From Planctomycetaceae bacterium (GTDB taxonomy: Bacteria > Planctomycetota > Planctomycetia > Pirellulales > Pirellulaceae): a stretch of 60,000 nt of DNA. Position 1 is the stretch's first letter. Each line of letters opens with the position of its first letter. Both the position numbers and the translations under genes were made by a program. The stretch is taken from assembly GCA_002723275.1 (NCBI GenBank), contig PBNZ01000002.1:1-60000 (forward strand), in the 5' to 3' direction. Of the stretch, positions 39,735-49,704 are shown piece after piece. The notes beneath the pieces are model-generated. The model worked only from the letters and a program-made list of their open reading frames with translations. It was not told the DNA's origin and did not search any database.

Positions 39735-39877
39735 AACTAAACAATCGGATTATCGGCAAATCCATTAGATTCGGTCCTCTATGTCCCTCCTCATCATGTA
39801 AAACCGCCATACGACAACGAAACGACAAGACAATTACGCCGAGAGGTCTAGTCTGAGGCAGGGTTTTGATGATAGTC

Positions 39878-40010
39878 TGGAAGGGGTCAGTATCTGAATA
39901 AAAAGGAGGCTGACTCACACCTTCCACAGGCCACGTAACGTGACTGTTGACCGGCGCAGCGAAGCGGCATAAGCAGCGTTTGAACCCAGGAACCTTCCGG
40001 GGTTCTTTTA
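39878..40010 (+). ncRNA. candidate structured RNA / small RNA: 5' compound hairpin (TGGAAGG..GTCAG / CTGAC..CCTTCCA, loop contains AAAAAGGAGG) and 3' terminator-like hairpin GAACCC-N11-GGGTTC + TTCTTTTA
   Basis: Inverted repeats read directly at 39878-39890 with 39910-39926, and at 39983-39988 with 40000-40005 followed by a T-run to 40010. Lies in the 346-bp gap between dgt and the PIN/TRAM gene. No ORF is present. Confidence 0.2.
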
Positions 40011-40080
40011 CTGGCAACACCCACTGGTTAGCCTCGATCCATCGGATCACGTCACGACATGTTTTTACGGTAAGCGTGAA

Positions 40081-41106
40081 ATGGCATTGATCATCCTCCG
40101 ATGCGTGTTCGTTCTCGTCGCGATCGGACTTTCAGTAACCTTTATCAATTCCGAAACGCTCATTCCACGAGATCCGGCATGGTCACCCTTTGCCGTTGTC
40201 TTGATCGTGGTTGGACTAGCGTGCATGGCGATTGGTGTCGACGTTTTGATCCCACGAAAACGGATCGAAACTATCACCGCGGTCTATTTTGGAATTCTGA
40301 TCGGTCTCTTCCTGACCTACATCGCAAATATTGCGCTCACGCCTCTTGTACCCACGTCATACCAGACCCCAATCCAATTGTTATTGGCAATGGTCTTGTG
40401 CTACACCTGCGTCAGCGTCCTGATTCAAACAAAAGACGACTTCCGTTTCATCATTCCTTATGTTGAATTTTCCAAGGAAGTGCGCGGTGTCAAACCATAT
40501 ATCCTCGATACGAGTGTCATCATCGACGGCCGCATTGCCGATGTTGTCGAAGCGGGAGTCTTGGACAATCAACTGATTATGCCGAGGTTCGTTCTGGGCG
40601 AGCTTCAGAATATCGCAGATAGCAACGACAAACTTCGACGCAGTCGGGGCCGTCGTGGCTTGGACATTCTAAATCGCCTCCGTACCAATCCCAACATCGA
40701 TCTGAATATCCACGATCGCGAACACCCAGAGATGGCCTCCCAACCCGTCGATATGAAACTTGTTCTGTTGGCACGCAGGCTTGAAGGTAAGCTTGTGACG
40801 GGCGACTACAATTTGAACAAAGTCGCACGTATTCACAACGTGGAGGTACTCAATCTCAATGACCTTGCAAACGCTTTAAAGCCGGTCTATCTCCCTGGCG
40901 AACAGCTTGATGTTCGCATCGTCAAGGAAGGTGAAGAAAGCGGTCAGGGCATCGGTTATTTAGACGACGGCACCATGATTGTTGTCGAAGGTGCCAGCGC
41001 TCACATCAATGAATCGGTGAAGGTGAGCGTCACGAGCGTGCTGCAAACGAGCGCGGGCCGAATGATCTTCGGTCGATTTGACGGTGCGACGCCTTCGCAG
41101 CCTTAA
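40081..41106 (+). CDS. PIN/TRAM domain membrane protein (YacL-like)
   Basis: N-terminal TM helices, then a PIN-like domain (PYILDTSVIIDGRI...) and a C-terminal TRAM-like beta domain (GEQLDVRIVKEGEESGQGIGYLDDGTMIVVEG). Confidence 0.75.
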   Translation: MALIILRCVFVLVAIGLSVTFINSETLIPRDPAWSPFAVVLIVVGLACMAIGVDVLIPRKRIETITAVYFGILIGLFLTYIANIALTPLVPTSYQTPIQLLLAMVLCYTCVSVLIQTKDDFRFIIPYVEFSKEVRGVKPYILDTSVIIDGRIADVVEAGVLDNQLIMPRFVLGELQNIADSNDKLRRSRGRRGLDILNRLRTNPNIDLNIHDREHPEMASQPVDMKLVLLARRLEGKLVTGDYNLNKVARIHNVEVLNLNDLANALKPVYLPGEQLDVRIVKEGEESGQGIGYLDDGTMIVVEGASAHINESVKVSVTSVLQTSAGRMIFGRFDGATPSQP

Positions 41107-43670
41107 CCGCCCGCTCCTAATTCGGTGGCCAACCGCGTTGCGATTTCATCGACCTTATGGGTAACCTGTCGGATTTTTCCATCACCGTCGACCAGCATTA
41201 AACTCGGAATGCCTCGCACCCCATACTTCTCCGCTTGACGGCGTGCATCCGCCCCTGTCAGGTTGGTCCACGGAAGGTTTTCCTCCGCAAGATACTCTGC
41301 CAGTGCCTTAAGATCTTCATCGAGATTCACACCGACAACCTTGACTTGTTGTTTTTCGAAAGTCTGTTGCAGTCGTCTTAATTCTGGCATCGCCTTGCGA
41401 CAGGGCCCGCACCACGTCGCCCAAAAATCCACGACGACCCATTGACCACGATACGCGTCCCAATCGAATTGGACACCATCGGTGGTAATCCCCTCCAGCT
41501 CCATGGGCTGATTGAGATAGTCCGTGGTCTCAGCCGACTTCTTCGCGATGCGTCTACCGTACGCCGACAATCGACGATCTTCACTTTTGCCGTAACTTTC
41601 ACCAAGCTTTTGGAAATAGGGTTCACGGTCCGCTACATCCAGTTGATTGACCAGGTAAACCGACTGTGATGCTAATCTCAGATGTCGTTGATCGATTGGC
41701 CGGTTCTCGAAAAACGCGACTAACTCTGCCAACAAAGCTTTGATCTGTTCTTTATTAGGATCGTTCGTATCAAACGCTCGCATTTCCAGGTCAAGGAATT
41801 CGATCTCCTTCGATACCTTTTCACGAGGATCATCCCGCCAACGATCAATCGTTGTCCTAAGTTGCTCAAGTGAGGATTCGTCACCGAGCGCAGCATCGCG
41901 TTGCAAATATTTGGTCTTTACGAGCAAAGCGAGCGTCTTCCATCGTTCCTTGGCGTCGCCCCCCAAAATGCGATCGGAAGCCGCGATGACTCCCTTTGAA
42001 AAACCATCGCGATTCTGAATACTGCGAGGTTTGTCCTGCATCTCGAGGATGAAGTCAACAAGCTCCAACGTGGTCGCCTCCGCGGGTGGTGCGTAGGGAT
42101 TAAGAGTCTCAAGAGTTTTGTCGAGCTCGATGGCCTCAGACGAAACCTCATCACCCCCCTGCTCCGTCGGCGACAACTGAGCGACAAACAACAGTTCATG
42201 CGGAAGCGACACCTGCTCCTCAGGCTCGGGATAGAGCCGGTCCAATGCCGACTGCAAACGTTCGCCTCGGGCATGAATCTCGATCACGACCCCACGAGGA
42301 TCGACCAGGATCGAAAATGGCGCGGACTCCACCCCGCAGCGTACGGCATTGGGGTTTTGAAATGCCGGCCTGCTCGAATCCGAATCAACAATGATTGGCA
42401 GAGACAAAGGGGCCTCCTGAAGATGTCGTTCCAAACCATTACGGTCATCATCCAGGTTCACCGTGATAATCTTCATCCCCTGATCGCGATAGGGAGCGAC
42501 AATTTGCCGAAGATGACGCACTTCATCCACCCATCCGGGATTCCAACTTTGCCAAAAACAGACGACGATACCTACACCCCGATATTCGTCCCAACGGAAA
42601 GGCTCTCCGTCAAGCAATACACCTTCTATCTCCAAAGGCTGATCCAGCAATCCAACTCTCTTTTCCGCTCGTGCAACCGTATCGGCAACACTTGCCATCA
42701 AAGTCGGATCGGTTTGGTTTTGGTATTCCGAACGAACCAACTGATAAATCTCCAAAGCATTCTGGTAAAGACCTCGTGTCTCGAGCACCCAACCAGCTTG
42801 CAGTGCATAGCCAACCACGTCGTCTCGATTGGGTCCGGATAAGCCATCTCGCAACGCCATGAGCAGCTCTTCCATTTTCGACTGATCGTCCAAAATGTTT
42901 TCGATAACCACCGAAATTCGCAACTGGAACGCCTCACTTATCAAGGCCGTCGCCTCTGCCGCCAGTTGTGGATCCTGATGCTCTGAGAATTTACGACCCG
43001 TCTTTTCGATCACCTGAACCGACAGATCAACATGCCCTTGCTGGTAGAGTACACCCCCAGCTTGACGCAACGCGTCAAAGACTTCTTGATCTCCATTCGG
43101 CATCGCCGCCAGTTGATCACATTGATTTAATACCCGCTCAGAATTCGCATCTTCGCTGATAAGATACTCCGTTACGACTCGCTCCAATTCGGAGATCGCA
43201 ATGAGCCGATCCATCGCAATATCTTTTTGACCTGCTAACTCATTGACGTATTGCTGATAACTGGGAGTCCCATCCTCATAGCCAAGAATGGCGATGGTAC
43301 TCAGTGCATGTAACTTCATCTTCGTCGCTTCTTGAAGATGTCGTTCATCCGATGCCGCCTCCAGAATCTTGTCGCAGGCCGTGACACGGGCAGTCATCAC
43401 GCGTGCGAGGGCGATAGCATACTCCGGCGAATTCCTATCCAACGACGCCAACTCGCCCTGCTCAAGACCCCGTGAAAAATCAAGAAGCTCTTCAACCGTT
43501 CCGTCCGGAACGTCAATCGGCGTGGTTACGGTCAGCGGAGCCTCACTCAATTCATCGAGCAAGCTTGCTTCGTGACTTGGAGATACGGCCGGCTTGCAAC
43601 TAATGGCAAACGGCAGAGTCATTGCAAGACACAAGGCAGCTCGAAGATTCGGGGACAGGTGGGACATCAT
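41103..43670 (-). CDS. lipoprotein with two TlpA/ResA-like thioredoxin domains (N-proximal domain lacks CxxC: CFWQSWNPGW; C-terminal domain intact: WATWCGPC) separated by helical TPR-like regions
   Basis: Signal plus lipobox (LPFAISC). Duplicated ~120-aa TlpA-like modules, each preceded by an EIEGV/ELEGI...F(R/D)WD.YRG motif. 855 aa. Its stop overlaps the PIN/TRAM stop (TTAA). Confidence 0.7.
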   Translation of the reverse strand: MMSHLSPNLRAALCLAMTLPFAISCKPAVSPSHEASLLDELSEAPLTVTTPIDVPDGTVEELLDFSRGLEQGELASLDRNSPEYAIALARVMTARVTACDKILEAASDERHLQEATKMKLHALSTIAILGYEDGTPSYQQYVNELAGQKDIAMDRLIAISELERVVTEYLISEDANSERVLNQCDQLAAMPNGDQEVFDALRQAGGVLYQQGHVDLSVQVIEKTGRKFSEHQDPQLAAEATALISEAFQLRISVVIENILDDQSKMEELLMALRDGLSGPNRDDVVGYALQAGWVLETRGLYQNALEIYQLVRSEYQNQTDPTLMASVADTVARAEKRVGLLDQPLEIEGVLLDGEPFRWDEYRGVGIVVCFWQSWNPGWVDEVRHLRQIVAPYRDQGMKIITVNLDDDRNGLERHLQEAPLSLPIIVDSDSSRPAFQNPNAVRCGVESAPFSILVDPRGVVIEIHARGERLQSALDRLYPEPEEQVSLPHELLFVAQLSPTEQGGDEVSSEAIELDKTLETLNPYAPPAEATTLELVDFILEMQDKPRSIQNRDGFSKGVIAASDRILGGDAKERWKTLALLVKTKYLQRDAALGDESSLEQLRTTIDRWRDDPREKVSKEIEFLDLEMRAFDTNDPNKEQIKALLAELVAFFENRPIDQRHLRLASQSVYLVNQLDVADREPYFQKLGESYGKSEDRRLSAYGRRIAKKSAETTDYLNQPMELEGITTDGVQFDWDAYRGQWVVVDFWATWCGPCRKAMPELRRLQQTFEKQQVKVVGVNLDEDLKALAEYLAEENLPWTNLTGADARRQAEKYGVRGIPSLMLVDGDGKIRQVTHKVDEIATRLATELGAGG

Positions 43671-43870
43671 TTGGGATTACTCACGGTTAAGAGTGGGGGT
43701 CCGAGGAAGTCGACAATTTATCGAGCCCTTAATTTAAGACAGGCGCGCGATTGAATGAAGCTCGATCTGCCTTCTCCGGAAAGATTCTGACTTTGCGCGC
43801 ACTGCTATCACTGACCGAACCGGTTGAATTTACGCGGTTGAGATTCAACGCCTAAGAAGAGACCTTACGT

Positions 43871-44668
43871 TTATCGCCAATGGTCCGTCGGTGCAAACAC
43901 CGACCGACCAGCGTCAACTGGCAAACAAACACCGGTGATCAGGTTGTTTTCCAGCAAAAACATGACGGCATGAACGATGTGTGCTGGAGTCCCCGGAGTG
44001 TCGAGCAAAGCAGTAGCTCGCGCGTCACGATGAACCTCATCCGGTACGTCAGGTGGAAGCGTCACGGGACCGGGCAGTACTGCGTTGACTCGAATCCGTG
44101 GATTTCTATGAGCGAGCTCGATAGCAAAATCCCGTGTCAGAGTTTCGATTGAGCCCTTTGATGCAAAATAGGCAGCGTAGTCTCGATACGGACGAATCGT
44201 GGCCCAGTCCCCGAAGTTGAGAATCACACCACCCGACTCTTGCTCCACCATTTTCTTCCCAGCAGCCTGACAGCACAAAAAGGTTGCGAGCGTATTGACC
44301 TCAAAATGCCGCCGCACATCCTCGGCCGTTGTTTCCCACAAACCCAAGCGTTCCCAAATCGATGCACAATTGATCAGCACATCGATTTCTCCATATTGCT
44401 CAGAGATGTCGGCGAACAGGCCAGCGACAGATGCTTCGTCCGTCAGGTCGGCAACATGCGAAATTGCCTGGATCTGTCGCTCCTTCATCTCATTCACACA
44501 ACGTTCTGCATCGTCGACAGATCGATTTGCATGGATCACGAGTCGATAATTCTGTTCGGCGAGATGCCAGGCAATGGCGTTGCCCAATCGTCCTGCCGCA
44601 GCACTTCCCGTGATGAGGGCGACCGGCTGCCGGTTTTCAGGATCTGATAATTGAGTTTGATTGTTCAT
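43871..44668 (-). CDS. SDR family oxidoreductase
   Basis: The internal ATG at 44668 (MNNQTQLSDPENRQPVALITGSAAAGRLG) overlaps the prepilin peptidase stop (ATGA). NAG/YxxxK-type SDR. Confidence 0.8.
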   Translation of the reverse strand: MNNQTQLSDPENRQPVALITGSAAAGRLGNAIAWHLAEQNYRLVIHANRSVDDAERCVNEMKERQIQAISHVADLTDEASVAGLFADISEQYGEIDVLINCASIWERLGLWETTAEDVRRHFEVNTLATFLCCQAAGKKMVEQESGGVILNFGDWATIRPYRDYAAYFASKGSIETLTRDFAIELAHRNPRIRVNAVLPGPVTLPPDVPDEVHRDARATALLDTPGTPAHIVHAVMFLLENNLITGVCLPVDAGRSVFAPTDHWR

Positions 44669-45597
44669 GAAGTCTGGTTTCCTGCCATCCAAAACCGTCG
44701 CCTCAGAAATCCGATGAGAAGCACGAAAGCGGTCACCAATACGATAGCAATTTGTGTCTGCTCGCCAATGTGCTGAGCGTCGATTTGTCCAGAATTGATG
44801 ACTACCCAAAGTACCGTCATGGCAAATACACAGGACAGAAACCAAGGATGCTTCTGTACTGGTCGTGTTCGCTGGATAGCCAACGCGCCCAATAAAGCCG
44901 CAACGACCGTCACCGAGACGGACACAACAGACAGAAATGTCCCAACCAAGGTCAAGGCAATGAACCGATTCCAGCGATAGTCACCTTGTTTTTCCGGTTC
45001 GACAAGGCCACCGAACACAATCCCCACAGCTGCTCCGACGAAGGGATGGCTCCAGATCGGCCCAGAATTCATGAGGAAGATCACTTCCGGCAGAGTCCAA
45101 TACACCCAGACCCAAACAAGACAACAGGGGATCACGATTCGCGAGGGAGTTCGTTTTCCATCGAAATCGATCAGGGCAATCGCCAACACGGTTGAGCTCA
45201 GCAGCGCATGCAATGCGAACAGCGCAAACCGAATGGTCGAGGAATCGACCCAATCTCGCCGCTGATAGATATCGACCCACCAAAAAATTCCAAAGGCAGC
45301 TGCGGCAACTGCCTCGATCGTAGGATATCTTCCAGGGATTGGAGCTTTGCAATCTCGACAACGTCCCTTGAGCAGAATCCACCCCCAGACGGGAATATTA
45401 TCTCGAGCGCGTATTCGGTGCTCACAAACTGGACAATGGGATCCCGGGGACAAGAGACTCATCCCTAACGGCATTCGATAGGCAACCACATTCAAAAAGC
45501 TACCGATGCAGCCTCCCAAAAAGCAAAACCAGACGGCTGCCAACCATGGCAGTTCATCAAGTGCAGTAAACTGCAGGGCACCGATTATAGTTTGCAT
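44665..45597 (-). CDS. pilD: prepilin peptidase (A24 family)
   Basis: First ATG at 45597 (ORF-track TTG at 45606). N-terminal zinc-binding CPVCEHRI...CRDCKAPI box. The multi-TM body carries the conserved FLNVV and IDFDG motifs. Confidence 0.85.
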   Translation of the reverse strand: MQTIIGALQFTALDELPWLAAVWFCFLGGCIGSFLNVVAYRMPLGMSLLSPGSHCPVCEHRIRARDNIPVWGWILLKGRCRDCKAPIPGRYPTIEAVAAAAFGIFWWVDIYQRRDWVDSSTIRFALFALHALLSSTVLAIALIDFDGKRTPSRIVIPCCLVWVWVYWTLPEVIFLMNSGPIWSHPFVGAAVGIVFGGLVEPEKQGDYRWNRFIALTLVGTFLSVVSVSVTVVAALLGALAIQRTRPVQKHPWFLSCVFAMTVLWVVINSGQIDAQHIGEQTQIAIVLVTAFVLLIGFLRRRFWMAGNQTS

Positions 45598-45761
45598 GGA
45601 ATCCAAATCATCAACTCACTTCTTCAAATGCCAGCGTGAAATGCTTGCGTTTGCCCCTTGCTGTGAAGATTCTGATGAAGTCATTAGAATGTGGCAATAT
45701 CTCATTATCACCAAGATGGCGATGCACCGCACCCTTTCCTTACTTTCACGGACCGAATTGA

Positions 45762-47216
45762 ATGAAGTTTAGCACCCGAACAGATTCTATCGAACAGCTT
45801 GAAGCCGAGGTTCTCGTCGTTGGCGTCTATCGAGACCGTCTCACCGCTGCCGCCGCTTCTGTCGATAAGGCCTGTGATGGAATCATTCAGCGACTTGTCG
45901 AAACCGAAGAATTCCAGCCTGATATTGCGAGCCTTAAAACGCTGTTTTTTCCAGCCGGTATCGGCAGTCGCGTCGTAATTTTGATGGGTCTTGGCGACTC
46001 GATCCAATGCCAGCCGGGTGACGCTTTCACAGCAGCGGCAACGGCAGCACGAACCATTTCCGAGTCTGCTCGAGAGAGCGTCGCATTCGCCGCCGATGAT
46101 CAATGGTCTTCTGCCTGTATCGAGGCAGCTGCAGCTGGAAGCCTCGTCGGCTTTCAAGGCCCAGGTCTGTACCATACTGAACAGAAACGAAAAGAACCCG
46201 CTGAATTAATCTGGTTGACTTCGAACTCGGCTGCCGCCGACAACGGTTTGATCCTTGGCCAAAGCCTCAACCTGACTCGTAAGCTTGTCGATGAACCGCC
46301 GCACGCGATGTATCCCGAATCATTCGCAACGGTTGCAGAAGAGGTGGCCAAAGACACCGGCATGTCCTGCGAAGTATGGGACGAGATAAAACTGGAGGCT
46401 GAAAGATGCGGAGCGTTATTGGCTGTGGCACGGGGCTCATCTCGCCCACCACGGCTAGTAATTGTCAAGCATCAAGGAGGGAGCGACGACAGCGAATGGC
46501 TGGCGCTTGTCGGTAAAGGCGTGACTTTTGACTCAGGCGGATTGTCGCTGAAGCCTAGCGACTCGATGAAGGCGATGAAGTGTGATATGGCGGGTGCGGC
46601 GACAGTATTGGGAGCGATGCAAGCGATTGCCAAGCTAAAGCTACCAATCAATGTCATGGGTCTCGTTGGCCTTGTTGAAAACATGCCGGGGGCCGACGCC
46701 TACAAACTTGGCGATGTACTCACGGCACGCAACGGAACTACAATCGAGGTGCACAATACGGATGCTGAGGGTCGGCTTGTGCTGGCGGATGTATTGGACG
46801 TCGCGGTCAACAACAACGCAGCTCGCATCATTGATCTCGCAACGTTGACGGGTGCATGCGTTGTCGCTCTCGGCTTGGATGTCGCCGGATTGATGACGAA
46901 TGATCAGGCTTGGTGTGACCAGGTGGAAACGGCAGCCGCGACGGCCGGCGAACGAGTGTGGCAGCTTCCCATGTTCCCCGAATACGGGAAACAGATTCTT
47001 GGCAGTGTCGCTGACATTAAGAATGTGGGAGAGGGTCGCTGGGGCGGAGCGATTACTGCGGCCAAGCTGCTCGAACGCTTTGTGTCAGATAGGCCCTGGG
47101 TCCACATCGACATCGCGGGACCCGCTTTTCTGGAAAAACCGAAGTCATGGGCTGAGGCCGGCGCGAGCGGAGCGCTTGTCAGAACGCTGGTTGAGGTGGC
47201 GCGCCAACAGGGCTAA
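45762..47216 (+). CDS. pepA: leucyl aminopeptidase (M17 family)
   Basis: NTDAEGRLVLADVL and the metal-ligand region (VGKGVTFDSGG...DMAGAA) are canonical M17. Confidence 0.92.
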   Translation: MKFSTRTDSIEQLEAEVLVVGVYRDRLTAAAASVDKACDGIIQRLVETEEFQPDIASLKTLFFPAGIGSRVVILMGLGDSIQCQPGDAFTAAATAARTISESARESVAFAADDQWSSACIEAAAAGSLVGFQGPGLYHTEQKRKEPAELIWLTSNSAAADNGLILGQSLNLTRKLVDEPPHAMYPESFATVAEEVAKDTGMSCEVWDEIKLEAERCGALLAVARGSSRPPRLVIVKHQGGSDDSEWLALVGKGVTFDSGGLSLKPSDSMKAMKCDMAGAATVLGAMQAIAKLKLPINVMGLVGLVENMPGADAYKLGDVLTARNGTTIEVHNTDAEGRLVLADVLDVAVNNNAARIIDLATLTGACVVALGLDVAGLMTNDQAWCDQVETAAATAGERVWQLPMFPEYGKQILGSVADIKNVGEGRWGGAITAAKLLERFVSDRPWVHIDIAGPAFLEKPKSWAEAGASGALVRTLVEVARQQG

Positions 47217-47286
47217 ACCTGCCAAACCATCAGAATTCTTCACAAGGCCCACCGACCAAAAGCAGAAATTGCTCGGAAAAACGAAG

Positions 47287-47292
47287 TATAAT
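47287..47292 (+). promoter_or_regulatory. perfect TATAAT -10 hexamer ~80 nt upstream of nfeD-like gene; -35 weak
   Basis: TATAAT read at 47287-47292. No good TTGACA-like hexamer at 17±1 bp. Confidence 0.2.
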
Positions 47293-47372
47293 TCACGCAA
47301 GATTTCGATATCGACAACGAATAGTTGTTCGAGTGCTTCAATCAAGGTGTGTGTTCTTGGGGAGCCCTGACC

Positions 47373-47981
47373 ATGTTTACGGTATTTCTATTTGCGGCGG
47401 TTCTTGGTGGCATTGTTTTCGTCGTGCAATTCCTGCTGGCCCTGGTCGGTATGGGCGGGGACGAATTCGACATCGCCGATGATTTTCCCGATCAGGTCGA
47501 TGTATCAGACGATTTATTCGGAGCCGGTGAGGCGATCGATCAAGGGTCGACCTCTCTGTTCGGTGTAATATCGTTTCGTACGGTTGTGGCAGCCGTAATG
47601 TTTTTCGGGCTCATTGGGATGGCAAGCCTCGAAGCAGGACTGACCACGTTTCTTGCGTGGATCGTCGCTTTAGGGGGTGGATTTCTCGCCATGTTTGCAG
47701 TTCATTGGCTGATGAAGCAGTTGTATGAACTACGACAAAACGGATCTATCCGAATTCAACGATCCGTTGGACGAAGCGGTACAGTCTACATACCCATTCC
47801 ACCCCAACGAAGTGGAACAGGGAAGATCCAGCTCCGCATGCAGGGACGCATCATGGAATATGCTGCGGTGACTGCTGAACAGGAAAAACTTTCTACAGGT
47901 GCTAAGGTTGTCGTAGTCAATGTGCTGACACCTACTACGCTTGAGGTTGAATTGATTCGCGACAGCGTCTCGACCGCTTAG
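47373..47981 (+). CDS. NfeD-like membrane protein (short form, C-terminal OB-fold)
   Basis: The ATG at 47373 follows GGGGAG. TM helices are followed by a beta-rich C-terminal domain (GKIQLRMQGRIMEYAAVTAEQEKLSTGAKVVVVNVLTPTTLEVELI). Lies directly upstream of flotillin, the classic pairing. Confidence 0.75.
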   Translation: MFTVFLFAAVLGGIVFVVQFLLALVGMGGDEFDIADDFPDQVDVSDDLFGAGEAIDQGSTSLFGVISFRTVVAAVMFFGLIGMASLEAGLTTFLAWIVALGGGFLAMFAVHWLMKQLYELRQNGSIRIQRSVGRSGTVYIPIPPQRSGTGKIQLRMQGRIMEYAAVTAEQEKLSTGAKVVVVNVLTPTTLEVELIRDSVSTA

Positions 47982-48050
47982 CAATCACTACCTGAGATTT
48001 CGTTATTCGGATTACTTTATTGCTAACCCGCTACGGATCGGAGTAACACT

Positions 48051-49688
48051 ATGTTGGTCTTCGCGAATCTCTACATCTATCTGAGCATCAGTGCCATCGC
48101 CGTGGTCATGTTGCTTCTTTCGATGTTGATCCTTGTCTCTAAACAGTACAAGCGATGCCCCAGTAACCGTATTCTCGTGATCTACGGTAAGGCCGGCCGA
48201 AGCGGCGACGCCGCAAAAACAATCCACGGCGGTGCTGCTTTTGTGATCCCGTTGATTCAAGACTATGCGTTTCTGAGTCTCGATCCAATTCAGATTGAAA
48301 TCCCACTTCGCGGAGCTCTCTCATCGGAAAACATTCGCGTCAACGTACCGAGTGTCTTTACGGTAGCAATCGGTACTGAACCGGAAGTGATGCAACAGGG
48401 TGCGATTCGTCTGCTCGGACTTTCAACCGGTGAAATTCGTCAGCAAGCCGAGGAAATTATTTTCGGTCAGTTGCGCCAAGTTATTGCCTCCATGGGCATC
48501 GAGGAAATCAACCGGGATCGTGATACGTTCCTGGAACATATTCAGGCTTCGCTGGAACCTGAGTTGAACAAGATCGGTTTGCAGTTGATCAATGTGAACA
48601 TTACGGACATTACCGACGAGTCGGGCTACATAGATGCGATCGGTCAGAAAGCGGCGTCTCAGGCAATTCAACAAGCTCGTGCCGATGTCGCGGAAGAAGA
48701 ACGAAAAGGTGAAACTCGAGTTGCTGAAGCCGAAAGAGATAAGGCTGTTCAGGTCGCCTCAGCACAACGTGATCAGTCGATTGGTACTCGAGAAGCTGAA
48801 CGTGATGAAGCCATTCGAGTCGCTGAACTCTCGAAGGAGCAATCCGTCGGTGAAGAAACGGCGGCGTTCGAAAAGCAATCACAGGTGAAATCGGCGGAAC
48901 GCGAAATGCGTGTTGATGTCGCCAATGCCGACGCGTCCGCTATCGACGGTGAAAATATGGCTCAGGCCAAAGTGGCTGCCTCACAAGCGGAACTTGCTGT
49001 CAAACGAGCCGAGGCCTACGAAATCGGCGAAGGTCGCAAACGAGAAGCAGAAGCAAAAGTCCTGGAAGTTGAAAACCGAGCTCTCGCAACCGCCGCTCTC
49101 GCTGAAGCCGAAAAGGTAGAAGCGGAACAGCGTGCCGCTTTGGAAGCACCCGCTCGTGCTCAAAAAGCACAAACCGTTGTCGAAGCCGAGGCTGAAGCTG
49201 AAAAACGACGTATCGAAGCGATGGGTGAAGCCGACGCAATTTTTTCGAAACTCGACGCTGAAGCTCGTGGACAGTTTGAAATCCTTGCCAAAAAGGGACA
49301 GGGTCTCCAACAAATCGTGGAGGCTTGCGGCGGAGCCAATGAAGCTTTCCAAATGTTGCTGCTGGAACATCTCGACAACCTCGCAGAAGCGTCTTCGAAC
49401 GCGATTTCGAATATCAAATTCGACAAGGTCGTCGTCTGGGAAAATGGAGGTGGCAACGGTCGAACGAATACGGCCAACTTCCTTTCCGGCATGGCCAATA
49501 CGCTACCGCCCATGATGCAAGTCATGAAGGATATTGGAGGCGTGGAACTACCCGAGGCTCTCGTGAAACTCACCGGGGATCAGAATAGTGTCGACGTCAA
49601 GGTAGAGGAATCACCCTCTGATCGGAGTGACAATCCTCGTATGGCCGACTCCAACAGCCCGAACGATAATCCATCTTCATCCTCCTGA
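48051..49688 (+). CDS. flotillin-like SPFH/band-7 protein (FloT/YuaG-like) with Ala/Glu-rich coiled-coil
   Basis: N-terminal membrane anchor, SPFH domain, and a long EA-rich repeat region (AEAERDKAVQVASAQRDQSIGTREAERDEAIRVAE...). 545 aa. Confidence 0.88.
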   Translation: MLVFANLYIYLSISAIAVVMLLLSMLILVSKQYKRCPSNRILVIYGKAGRSGDAAKTIHGGAAFVIPLIQDYAFLSLDPIQIEIPLRGALSSENIRVNVPSVFTVAIGTEPEVMQQGAIRLLGLSTGEIRQQAEEIIFGQLRQVIASMGIEEINRDRDTFLEHIQASLEPELNKIGLQLINVNITDITDESGYIDAIGQKAASQAIQQARADVAEEERKGETRVAEAERDKAVQVASAQRDQSIGTREAERDEAIRVAELSKEQSVGEETAAFEKQSQVKSAEREMRVDVANADASAIDGENMAQAKVAASQAELAVKRAEAYEIGEGRKREAEAKVLEVENRALATAALAEAEKVEAEQRAALEAPARAQKAQTVVEAEAEAEKRRIEAMGEADAIFSKLDAEARGQFEILAKKGQGLQQIVEACGGANEAFQMLLLEHLDNLAEASSNAISNIKFDKVVVWENGGGNGRTNTANFLSGMANTLPPMMQVMKDIGGVELPEALVKLTGDQNSVDVKVEESPSDRSDNPRMADSNSPNDNPSSSS

Positions 49689-49704
49689 TTCCCAAGTTGA
49701 TTCC

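Noticed and set aside
49627-49704. ORF-track upstream start for the BON-domain protein
   Set aside because: It overlaps the flotillin 3' end. The ATG at 49705 gives a proper signal peptide.
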